Shown here piece by piece: positions 50,113 through 58,965 of a stretch of DNA of 64,000 bases. Made by a program: the position numbers and the translations under genes. The notes under the pieces were generated by a model. That model saw only the letters and a program-made list of their open reading frames with translations, was not told the DNA's origin and did not search any database. Each line of letters starts with the position of its first letter. Within the stretch, counting starts at the first letter, position 1. Source of the stretch: Clostridia bacterium (GTDB lineage Bacteria > Bacillota > Clostridia > Christensenellales > Aristaeellaceae); the NCBI GenBank assembly GCA_017429695.1, contig JAFROK010000025.1, positions 4,436 to 68,435 on the forward strand, in the 5' to 3' direction.

Positions 50113-50470
50113 CAATTATACATATTATGAAGGATTTGAGGGCGAGGAAGAAGTAGTTCTTACTCTGGATACAGATCCGGATATGGCAATTCATGTATGG
50201 GTTGGATACCTTGATGATATCTTGCGTGAACCAGTGCTTAATGATTCAGAATGGACTGGATTGACTAGGGACTATCATCAGGCAGAAGGTGCTTTTTCTC
50301 AGGAGGGAGATAGCGTAACAGTGTATCCGGAAGAGTATCTTGAAGATATGAAGAATTATTCTGAAAGACAGTTCGACGAACCGGAAACTGCAGGAGCCTT
50401 TCAACTTATCGTTGCATTTCTTGAACTTGCTGTACAGAAGAAAACACTTGTCAAAATTCAAGTGAACTGA
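50090..50470 (+). CDS. Putative immunity protein
   Basis: 126 aa acidic ORF with AAGGAG RBS, overlapping the toxin stop codon. Confidence 0.6.
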   Translation: MDTGLLRNNYTYYEGFEGEEEVVLTLDTDPDMAIHVWVGYLDDILREPVLNDSEWTGLTRDYHQAEGAFSQEGDSVTVYPEEYLEDMKNYSERQFDEPETAGAFQLIVAFLELAVQKKTLVKIQVN

Positions 50471-50739
50471 CAAAATAGCAACATGGGGGATATGCTGATC
50501 GGCTCGGGATAGAGCTGATCAGCATTCTCCATTCAGGAAAAGACTGTCAAATATAGGTGGAAAGATGCAATCTGAGCATTCTTAGATCGCTAGAGGAGTG
50601 ATATCCTCAGCTTCTTCCGCCGGTGAAGGAAACAGATAATCCTGCGAGGGATGAAAAAAAGAGCCTGCTACGTATAATATAATGGGATACCGCAGGATTA
50701 TTTATATTTCTCAGACTGATTTGCCGGAGGAATGAAACC

Positions 50740-51765
50740 GTGAAAAAAAACCTGATGATATTTGTTCTCGTTTTAACAATTCTGATCGGTATGATATGTG
50801 TTACAAATGCAGAAAGCAATCAGCCTGAATTCCTGCAGAATCTGTTTCATGAATATTTTCCTGATTGCACCTATGAGGATGGATATCTTCAGTACGATGA
50901 AACGGTGATAATCATCGGCCGGAAACCAGACGGTATTCTGGTTCTGCTCTGCGGCGCGTATGAGGGAGAAGATGGCTGGGAATGGGTGGAAAGTACACCA
51001 TTGCCGGAAGGAACCAGAATTGGAGATGAAAATATCACCGACGCGGTGAACATGAATGCCTGGAGGGGCGGTGCAGCAGTAGGCGTCCGAAGGATGGAAA
51101 GAGGCCGGTGGAGCATACACTATGTGAACAGCTACGATTTCTTTGTCGGTCCTGACTGGGTCGGTATGTACGGTGCTGAGACAGACGCCCAGTTTTTCGG
51201 AACTCATGTCTGGGGAGATATCACAACGATCGACTGGTCCACACTTCCCCCGGAGGAGTATATTGACAGAGAGACACAAGAAGAAAGAAGCGCCCGGATC
51301 AGCGCATATGTAGACCGAACCAATTGGGCAACTCCCGCGCACAGCGATCCTGAAGCAACAACGGAATTGCTGAGTGAAAAAGGAAATGAGGATTCTCTTC
51401 TCGGAAGATTCTATGACGGAACGCCATTGCTTGTTCTCGAACAGGGAAAAACATGGACTAAAGTCAAAATCGGTCACGGGGAAGATATCGGTGTGATGAT
51501 CGGCTGGATGCGGACTCAGGATCTGGTCTTTGGGGATGATACCCTGCATATAGAGCGGGAAGCAATCCGGATCAAAAGCGAGCAGGTGCTGATTCCCACG
51601 GTGGAGACGTTTATCAGTTCACGGGCTGGTCAGATAACGGAAGAACAGTTTAGCAGCTGTCTGATCATCGGGGGAACGGATCAAGGGCTTGTAATTGCAT
51701 ATTATCTGCCTGATGGAGATGTCGGTATGATACCAATGTCAAGCCTTGGAATTGGGAATGGATAA
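50740..51765 (+). CDS. Secreted hypothetical protein with SH3-like domain
   Basis: Signal peptide; LGRFYDGTPL.VL...WTKVKIG...GWM.T.DL. Confidence 0.7.
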   Translation: MKKNLMIFVLVLTILIGMICVTNAESNQPEFLQNLFHEYFPDCTYEDGYLQYDETVIIIGRKPDGILVLLCGAYEGEDGWEWVESTPLPEGTRIGDENITDAVNMNAWRGGAAVGVRRMERGRWSIHYVNSYDFFVGPDWVGMYGAETDAQFFGTHVWGDITTIDWSTLPPEEYIDRETQEERSARISAYVDRTNWATPAHSDPEATTELLSEKGNEDSLLGRFYDGTPLLVLEQGKTWTKVKIGHGEDIGVMIGWMRTQDLVFGDDTLHIEREAIRIKSEQVLIPTVETFISSRAGQITEEQFSSCLIIGGTDQGLVIAYYLPDGDVGMIPMSSLGIGNG

Positions 51766-51805
51766 CGATTACGATAATGCCAAACGACAGAACGGAGGAA
51801 TAAAT

Positions 51806-53329
51806 GTGAGAAAGCGCTTTTTTCTGATTCTTTTGCTTACTTGCCTGGTTCTGGTTTTTACCAGCGCATCCGCCAACAGCTGGAACCTGAAGGGCAAATT
51901 GCTTCAGGCCATGATCAAGACACATGACTGGGATGATTATTATCTACTGGGCAATCAGGCTGATCCGTTTGCAGTGATGCAGTCCCGCTATCATCACGCG
52001 CTGTTCTTCGTGGATGATCTGGAAAGACTGCATGTTTATACGGCTGCGGTTTATCAACCAGACGATAAACGCGAAGCACCGTCGCTGATGCTGCTGGATC
52101 AGGATTTATATATGAGCTATGGCAAAAATGAGCAATACGTTTTCCGTTCCTGGACAGAAGACGGGGAATATCTGCTTTACAGCGCAACGATCGGTGATTT
52201 CCAGCTTCTTTCAAACTGGGGAAACGAAGAAGACGGTGTAACATATTACTGGGCAAATGAAAAGGACAGCACAGCCATATGGTGGGGAAATGTTCGTCTG
52301 TCCGGTTTTAATATCAAACTGCTGCCTCATTCGATTGAAGAAGTGCGGAACATGAACCTGATGCAGGCACAGCTTGACAGCAGCTTGCAGTGCCTGGGTT
52401 TCGTGACCGGCACTGGAGATGTGTTCAGCGTGGATCAGCCGGGAGAACTGCTGAAGGTCAGCAAGAAAGGAACGACCGCTGTTTACAGCGCACCGTACGG
52501 CAAATCAGCATGGCGTGCCGGAAAGGGCAAGGCGGCAGCAGGACTGAACGGAGATATCTGGTTGCTATCCCAATACCGCAATGAGGAAGGCCAGTCCTAT
52601 GCATGCATCCGATACAATGTCAGCGGGCGGACACAGCGGATTGGATATGCGTTGTGCAAGGATCTTGGACTGCCAGAAATCACAGACTGGCATCCGGATG
52701 AGCCGCTGACCGGCTTTGCTCATGTGGATGTTGAAGCGATCACGGATACCTGGCTGACAGACGATCCGGATGTAAGCCAGTATCAGCAGTTCAAGGTGCC
52801 GAAGGGAACTCAATTCTCCTGTATGGGTTTGTATAACGATTATTATGCCTATGTGGCTGCGGAAGTGAAGAACGACAAATTTGTAGATGGCGGAGCCATT
52901 GTCTGGGGCTTTGTGCCGATCCGGGACCTGAAACCCATGGAACAGGAAAAACAGCCGGAAGCCATGAGTAAACTGGTTGGCAAATGGAAACTGGAGGCAG
53001 GTGGTTCTCTGGCAGATGATTATCTGGTTTTCAACAGTGACGGTACATTCACTGCCGGTATGTGGGACTGGGAGCAGGATACACCTGAACGGGTAGAGAA
53101 TGCAGCCAGATCTTCCGGCGCATGGTATGTGACGAAATACAATCCGTTCATGAATCTGTACTGGAACAAGCCGCCTTATCAGCTTACCTTGATTTATAAC
53201 AACGGACGGGTCATTATCCGCGGACTGGAAATTACGGATGAAGGATTCAGTCTGACCAATGATGAAGGCGGCGGTGGATATATTACTGCTACGGATGAAG
53301 ATGTAATGCTGACGGAAGATCACGGATGA
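51806..53329 (+). CDS. Secreted hypothetical protein (SH3-like middle, lipocalin-like C-terminus)
   Basis: GTG start after GGAGG; VYSAP..AWRA..GKA, RIGY, WGFVP; LVGKW...L.F.SDGTF. Confidence 0.65.
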   Translation: MRKRFFLILLLTCLVLVFTSASANSWNLKGKLLQAMIKTHDWDDYYLLGNQADPFAVMQSRYHHALFFVDDLERLHVYTAAVYQPDDKREAPSLMLLDQDLYMSYGKNEQYVFRSWTEDGEYLLYSATIGDFQLLSNWGNEEDGVTYYWANEKDSTAIWWGNVRLSGFNIKLLPHSIEEVRNMNLMQAQLDSSLQCLGFVTGTGDVFSVDQPGELLKVSKKGTTAVYSAPYGKSAWRAGKGKAAAGLNGDIWLLSQYRNEEGQSYACIRYNVSGRTQRIGYALCKDLGLPEITDWHPDEPLTGFAHVDVEAITDTWLTDDPDVSQYQQFKVPKGTQFSCMGLYNDYYAYVAAEVKNDKFVDGGAIVWGFVPIRDLKPMEQEKQPEAMSKLVGKWKLEAGGSLADDYLVFNSDGTFTAGMWDWEQDTPERVENAARSSGAWYVTKYNPFMNLYWNKPPYQLTLIYNNGRVIIRGLEITDEGFSLTNDEGGGGYITATDEDVMLTEDHG

Positions 53330-53482
53330 AAAAGCAGTTTTCAATTCATGAATACATAAATTTTCAAAATATCACCCATTTATCACCCACCTGGAGCATG
53401 AACAAGTGGGTGATAATTCGTTACAGAGTTGACGAAACACTGTATATGGGTTAATATGAGTTGCGGATAGGAGGCGTGTTGT

Positions 53483-53845
53483 TTGAAAGCGGTTGGAACA
53501 AGACTCAGGTATCTGCGGGAAGGAATTGGCGCTTCTCAGGCGAGGATGGCCGAAATGCTCGGCTCAACTCAATCCAGCGTAAACCGATTTGAACATGGCC
53601 AGGCTACTCCTTCAGTAGAGTTGTTCCGGAAATATGCTGATATTTTCGATGTTTCACTGGACTATATCTTCTGCCGCACAGATGCGCCTGAAGGCCGTAC
53701 ATATAATTATCAGCCACAAGTATCTGTATCGCCAGAGAAAGAAGCAATTTACAAATTTCTGGAAACATGTTTTCAGCCCGGGTCACCTAACAATCTAAAG
53801 CTTAAAGAAAGCATGTTTCGTCTGATGGAGGAAAATGAACCGTGA
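53483..53845 (+). CDS. XRE-family HTH regulator
   Basis: RLRYLRE..G.SQ..MAE.LG.TQS.VNRFEHG..TP, FDVSLDYI. Confidence 0.9.
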   Translation: MKAVGTRLRYLREGIGASQARMAEMLGSTQSSVNRFEHGQATPSVELFRKYADIFDVSLDYIFCRTDAPEGRTYNYQPQVSVSPEKEAIYKFLETCFQPGSPNNLKLKESMFRLMEENEP

Positions 53846-54711
53846 GTGATCAGATCCAAACCTTTGAGAATCAAACGATCCGGACAGCATGGGACGAAGA
53901 AAAAGAGGAATGGTACTTCTCTATCGTCGATGTAATCGGTGTGCTAACTGATCAACCTGATACGAGGCACGCTGCAAAGTACTGGAGCGTTATGAAAACG
54001 CGCATGAAAAAAGAAGGAGCGCAGTTGCCTACACTTTGTAGTCAACTGAAACTGTTGTCTGCTGATGGGAAACGATACAACACAGATGTTGCTAACACTT
54101 CGCAGCTGCTTAGAATAATACAGTCTGTTCCTTCGCCTAAAGCCGAGCCTTTTAAACTTTGGCTGGCAGAAGTAGGCAGGGATCGGATCGAGGAAACAAT
54201 TGATCCGGAAAAAAGCATTGATCGAGCTTTGGAAACATATGTACGGAAAGGATACAGTCGGGAGTGGATTAACCAGCGGCTTCAGGCCATTCAAGTCCGG
54301 AAGGAATTAACCGACGAATGGAAAGATCGCGGCGTACAGCCCGGAAAAGAGTTCGCAATTCTGACGGATGAGATTACTCGAGCATGGTCAGGATTATCAA
54401 CCAGGCAGTATAAGAATCTGAAAGGGCTGAAAAAAGAAAACCTGAGAGACAATATGACCACAACCGAAATCATTCTGAATATGTTGGCTGAAACAGCGAC
54501 AAAGGATCTTTCTGCGGAAGAAAAGCCGGACAGTTTTAATGAAAGCGTTGCAGTTGCAAGACGAGGTGGCAGAATCGCGGGAAACGCCCGGAAAGAGCTG
54601 GAGGAAGAACTTGGGAAACCGGTTATTTCCAGTCAGAATGCTTCTCATCTGAACAAGGTTGTTACAGAAACGATTGAAGGTGTGGCGCAGGAAACCGAAG
54701 AAAGGAAATAA
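53842..54711 (+). CDS. Bro-N domain protein (phage antirepressor-like)
   Basis: FENQ.IRT.WD...EEWYFSIVDV, IQSVPSPKAEPFKLWLA, NLRDNMT. Confidence 0.9.
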   Translation: MSDQIQTFENQTIRTAWDEEKEEWYFSIVDVIGVLTDQPDTRHAAKYWSVMKTRMKKEGAQLPTLCSQLKLLSADGKRYNTDVANTSQLLRIIQSVPSPKAEPFKLWLAEVGRDRIEETIDPEKSIDRALETYVRKGYSREWINQRLQAIQVRKELTDEWKDRGVQPGKEFAILTDEITRAWSGLSTRQYKNLKGLKKENLRDNMTTTEIILNMLAETATKDLSAEEKPDSFNESVAVARRGGRIAGNARKELEEELGKPVISSQNASHLNKVVTETIEGVAQETEERK

Positions 54712-54713
54712 AA

Positions 54714-56196
54714 ATGAACGCTGTAATCTATGCCCGGTATTCCTCTGACAGTCAGCGTGAGGAAAGCATCGAAGGTCAGATCCGGGAATGTACAGAGTAT
54801 GCACAGCGCAATAATATCACGATTCTGAACACCTATGTTGACCGTGCGCTTTCAGCCAGATCTGCGGACCGGCCTGAATTTCAGCGGATGATCCATGATG
54901 CGGAAAAAGAGCTGTTTGAAATCGTACTGGTCTGGAAACTGGACCGTTTCTCCCGTGATCGGTATGACAGTGCATATTACAAGCACATTCTGAAAAAGCA
55001 TAATATCAGGGTGGTATCCGCAAAGGAGAACATTTCAGAAGGCCCTGAAGGCATTATCCTGGAATCCATGCTTGAAGGTATGGCGGAATACTATTCAGCA
55101 GAATTGTCTGAAAAGATCAAGCGCGGGCAGATGGAGAACGCACTGAAAGGGAAAAACAAACGGAGGCCAGGTCACTCTGGGATACCGAACCGGAACCGAT
55201 GGCGTACTGGAGATCGATCCGAAAACTGCACCGATTGTAAAAGAGATCTTTCAACGGTATGACAGCGGCGAACTGATGAAGGACATCGTGGATTCACTGA
55301 ACAGCCGCGGGCTGCTGACAGCGGCAGGCAAGCCGTTTCGGATAGCCAGTCTCGGAACGGTTCTGAAGAACCGCAAGTACTTGGGAGAGTACCATTATGG
55401 GAGCATCTCAATTCCGGATAAGCTGCCAGTTATCATTGATCAGCAGCAGTTCGAACGTGTTCAGAGGCGGATGGAAAGCAACAAGCATGCTCCGGCAAAA
55501 GCAAAAGCGGATGAAGAATACTTGCTGACAACGAAGCTGTTCTGCGGAAAATGCGGAAGAATGCTGGCAGGGGAAAGCGGCACCAGCAGAACAGGAGCAA
55601 AGCATTATTACTACAAATGCGCAGGAGCAAAGCACGATCACAGCTGCAAGCTGAAGGCTATCAAAAAGCAGTGGATTGAACGAGCAGCGGTGATTCTTAC
55701 GATCGAACGTGTCCTGAACGATACGGAAATTGACAGAATCGCAGACGCAATTATCGCGCTTCAATTTAAAGAGGATGTTACGGTTCCGGCGCTGCGGGAA
55801 CAGCTGAAGGATTGCGAAAAAGGCATTGAAAACATGATCAACGCCATTCAGGCAGGAGTATTGACATCATCCACGAAAGAACGACTTGAACAACTGGAAG
55901 CCAGGCGTGAGGATCTGAAGCTGAGCATAATGCAGGCTGAGCTGGTCAGACCCAAATATACGAAAGAACAGGTTGTGGCATGGATCAGCCAGTTCAAAAA
56001 TGGCAATCCAAACGATCTGGAATATCAGAAGCAGATCATTGACATTTTCCTGAACAGCATATATGCTTACGATGACAGGTACGTATTCACCTACAACTTC
56101 CACGGGGGAACGGAAACAATTCCCAGAGAAGCGGTAGAAGAGGCATTTGGTTCGGATTTAACTCGTCTTGCTCCACAGACTCTGGAGGCCTTATAA
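54714..56196 (+). pseudogene. Large serine recombinase split by a 1-nt insertion near 55158
   Basis: YARYSS..Q, DRFSR; removing one A joins the two ORFs through NNGGQVTLGY..IDP..A.IVKEIF; Zn ribbon CGKCG, YYKC and coiled coil follow. Confidence 0.9.
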
Positions 56197-56218
56197 ATCA
56201 AGGCCTCCAGAGTTTTTT
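56180..56218 (+). terminator. Hairpin with poly-T right after the attR-like repeat
   Basis: CTCTGGAGGCCTT-ataaatc-AAGGCCTCCAGAG-TTTTTT. Confidence 0.75.
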
Positions 56219-56267
56219 ACTTTTCCGGCGAAAAGCCTGTTTTTGGGCAAATAACCTAATTTGTAAC

Positions 56268-56417
56268 CTAATTGGAAAAATTTTTGAAAATGAAAAACCA
56301 TTCCGGAGAGCGATTCCCGGGATGGTTTAAAATATAGGCCTGCAATATGTTACGTGGCATCTTTCGGTTCAGATCTTTGTGAAACTGCGGCAAATAGCGC
56401 AACTGATACTCATGCAT
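56268..56417 (-). pseudogene. Truncated RelE/ParE-type toxin
   Basis: MHEYQLRYLPQFHKDL resembles a RelE/ParE N-terminus, then diverges; overlaps the antitoxin stop. Confidence 0.5.
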
Positions 56418-56619
56418 TGATTGACCTCCGCAGATCCGAGAAAACTTCATCATGAGTCATTCGTTCAGTCGTATGCTCTGCCAGATAATCCGCCTCATCC
56501 AGCGCACACTCAATATAGTTTTCATATTCCGTCAGTTCGCGCATCAGTGCAATTACAATATGCAGGCTTTGTTCCGGAATGTTGTCAAGAAGTATTTCAG
56601 CCTCTTGCCTTTCACTCAC
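56410..56619 (-). CDS. Putative type II antitoxin
   Basis: 69 aa; ..LDEAD..A..TTERMTHDEVFS.LR C-terminus typical of antitoxins; GGAGG RBS before GTG. Confidence 0.55.
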   Translation of the reverse strand: MSERQEAEILLDNIPEQSLHIVIALMRELTEYENYIECALDEADYLAEHTTERMTHDEVFSDLRRSINA

Positions 56620-56828
56620 AAACGGTCCCTCCTCCCTGCTGTTTTGCAACTACATCATAGCTCAAAAACAACGTGTGGTCAATCAGGCCCTGGGACGCAA
56701 AATCATATAATTTTCCACCCCAAAGTTGCTCTATCAAGTATAGATCCTCAGCTCGCAATCAAATTCCTTTTCGTATGTATAATATTTCCATTGCGCCGAA
56801 ACAAATCGATCCGGCGCAGCTCCGTTTC

Positions 56829-57479
56829 TCATTCCTCCAGGTATTTCCTGGCTTTATACTTTGCCTCATCCACCAGCTGATATACCCGTGGCAGGGAACA
56901 TCCCAATGTATCCGATATCTCTTTTGCCGAATACCCCTCAATTTCTTTCATTCTCAGTGCGATCATCAGCCGGGGGTCGGTTTTGTCCAGCTCTTCCTGC
57001 AGTTCGTCCAGCAGCAGTAAATATCTGCCTTTCTGCTCGCAGGGGCTGTCCGCGCTGTCGTCTGCCCATTCCTTCTCATAGGCTGCTTCCATCAGCTGAT
57101 CCAGGCTGAGGATGCCCATCTGCTTTTTTTCCTCTTCTTTCCCGAAGGGGCAGTTCTCGCAGGAATAATTGGTCGGGCAGCGGTTCGGCATGCTCTGTTT
57201 TCCGGGAACCATGCATCTGCTCTGCCGGATATTCCGCACGTGATCATTTGTCAGTTCATGCCAGAGGAATTCGGCCAGTTCCCGTTTTTCGGTCTGGGTG
57301 ATGTAAACGGTCCGCTTGTCTGCTTTCCCCAGATGGATGGTGATGCACTGTTCCCAGGTGATGTGGTAGTTGTCCAGGTCCTGCTGGTCGTGTATTTCGA
57401 TTGGTGCGTCGTAATAAATCGTTCCGTTTTTTCCAATGGTGGTCCTGTGGTTAAAAGATCCTTTTGCCTGTCTGTTCAT
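56829..57479 (-). CDS. Mobile-element sigma-70 region 4-like HTH protein with Cys cluster
   Basis: RC......RCP..SCENCP, SLDQL, and C-terminal EGYSAKEISDTLGCS..RVYQ HTH. Confidence 0.75.
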   Translation of the reverse strand: MNRQAKGSFNHRTTIGKNGTIYYDAPIEIHDQQDLDNYHITWEQCITIHLGKADKRTVYITQTEKRELAEFLWHELTNDHVRNIRQSRCMVPGKQSMPNRCPTNYSCENCPFGKEEEKKQMGILSLDQLMEAAYEKEWADDSADSPCEQKGRYLLLLDELQEELDKTDPRLMIALRMKEIEGYSAKEISDTLGCSLPRVYQLVDEAKYKARKYLEE

Positions 57480-57720
57480 CCGATTGTCCCTTTCTGGGGA
57501 CAATCGCGCTGTGCCAGTTCTTCATCTCGGTCACCCTCCGGTTATCCCCGGTCGAGGTGACAGCGGATCGTGTGACGCTGGCGCCTGAGTAATATGTTGC
57601 CTTCACTGCGGACACGGTCTGATCTGCCTGCGCTTGACAGATCCCGCGGATCCGGCGTTCAGGGCGGTTTATCGTCATGCCCCGGGACTTGTATCCTGTC
57701 GGCCTTCCGGCCGGAAGATC
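57480..57720 (-). ncRNA. Candidate structured 5' leader of the sigma-like gene
   Basis: GC-rich non-coding tract with several stems (GATCTGTC/GGCAGATC, GTCACC/GGTGAC, CGATTGTCCC/GGGACAATCG). Confidence 0.4.
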
Positions 57721-57723
57721 CTG

Positions 57724-58005
57724 CACTTATCTCTGTATTGGAGAAACCTGTTTTTTATAATTTCCCGGAAAAATAATCTCCTCACATTCTTAAGTAAAGT
57801 TATCGGCGGTTTTTACACTGATTTTGCGAAATTTCTGAAAAATGTTTTCCTCTCACCTTACTCTGTACGAAAAGTCGCGATTTTTATAATCCTCCTGCAA
57901 AAATGTTTCCTTCACCCTATACGGACACTTAACGGGATGATTTATAGGGGTTTCCGGGAAAATTTCCTCCCGAGGGTTTGAATAAAATTTCGGGGGATTT
58001 TTCTA
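57724..58005 (-). repeat. Array of 4-5 degenerate promoter-like units (57-71 bp period)
   Basis: T(A/G)TAAA-N25-27-GTG..AGGA units separated by T-tracts. Confidence 0.6.
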
Positions 58006-58079
58006 CCGGGGATGAAACTCTTCCCGTTGTTTAAGAGTGAAATTTTTGCCCAAATTTACCCCCATCGGAGAAAAAAAGT

Positions 58080-58260
58080 GAAAAAAAGAACCCGGCAGGA
58101 AACGACACAGCAAATCATCTTTGCTCTGTGTGCGCTTCCTGCCGGGTTCCTACCTACACGATCAGGGTGGTTCCAACTCCAGACAGAACTTCGGGTTACG
58201 CCGGCTGCTCCTTCCGCCACGGTGGGGGATCCAGCCAGACCGGCGCGCCGGTCAGTATTC
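58080..58260 (-). ncRNA. Candidate structured RNA ending in a long intrinsic terminator
   Basis: GACCGGC/GCCGGTC stem right after the stop codon; GAACCCGGCAGGAA...TTCCTGCCGGGTTC followed by a T run. Confidence 0.45.
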
Positions 58261-58262
58261 AA

Positions 58263-58472
58263 TTAAGCATTTACACGTTTTAACCGTTTTACAACAAATT
58301 CATTGCCCGTATAGTCGATTACATTGGGCTCTTTGCATTTGGGACAGGGGATCGTTCCGGTTGTTCCGGGACCGTATGCTCCCAGGTAGGTTCCGCATTT
58401 GGTGCAGTGCATTTCTTCCTGAGGGCTTTCTTTTGCGGCAATGTCAGAGTCATCAGGGTTCTTTTTCGTCAT
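58263..58472 (-). CDS. Com-like zinc-ribbon protein (69 aa)
   Basis: MHCTKCGTYLG...IPCPKCKEPN; GGAGG RBS. Confidence 0.7.
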   Translation of the reverse strand: MTKKNPDDSDIAAKESPQEEMHCTKCGTYLGAYGPGTTGTIPCPKCKEPNVIDYTGNEFVVKRLKRVNA

Positions 58473-58580
58473 GGCAGTTACCTCCTCGTCCATGAAGGTC
58501 CATATATGCTCCAGGATCAACCATTGGCATCAAATCCGTATCACCAGCCTGGAGTCCAGCTCAACGGATGAAGCAGCGAA

Positions 58581-58709
58581 TCAAAAACGGAGATCGAGGT
58601 CCATCAGCTCTTCCTCAAACTCTTTGATATCGTCCGGCGGCACCGGCCACAATTCTTTTTCAACATCCGCCGGATCAAATTCTTCGGCCAGTATTTCTTC
58701 ATCACTCAT
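58581..58709 (-). CDS. Highly acidic 42-aa micro-protein
   Basis: MSDEEILAEEFDPADVEKELWPVPPDDIKEFEEELMDLDLRF; AAGGAG RBS; below the ORF-track cutoff. Confidence 0.55.
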   Translation of the reverse strand: MSDEEILAEEFDPADVEKELWPVPPDDIKEFEEELMDLDLRF

Positions 58710-58965
58710 CGCGTTTCAGGCTCCTTCCTGAGAGGGTGGGAACGCGATAATAACACCTGAAATGCTGCTCTACAATGGGCTTTTTGGTACGACAAAAGGA
58801 AATTTTCATCCGCTGGAGGCCTTGATTTTCCTTGCTCCAACGGAACATCAACAGGTTTAACAGACCTGTGGATAACGCCCGCGTCCCTTGCCGTTTTTGG
58901 CCTCCCGGATTTGCCTGTGGAAAACCGGAAAATCCTGTCTCCAAATTGTCTTTTGGATCCGGGAT

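Larger units (their letters stand above)
49039..56177. mobile_element. Decayed island 1 at tRNA-Ala(GGC), bounded by TGCTCCACA direct repeats
   Basis: TGCTCCACA at 49032-49040 and 56169-56177; tyrosine integrase remnant, serine recombinase, XRE, Bro-N; visibly AT-richer than the core. Confidence 0.7.

Noticed and set aside
55146-55165. Programmed -1 frameshift in the recombinase
   Set aside because: Restoring the frame needs +1, and the site is in a conserved N-G-G motif; mutation or sequencing error is simpler.
57724-58005. CRISPR array
   Set aside because: The period is CRISPR-like, but the repeats are short, split and degenerate, and no cas genes are in the window.
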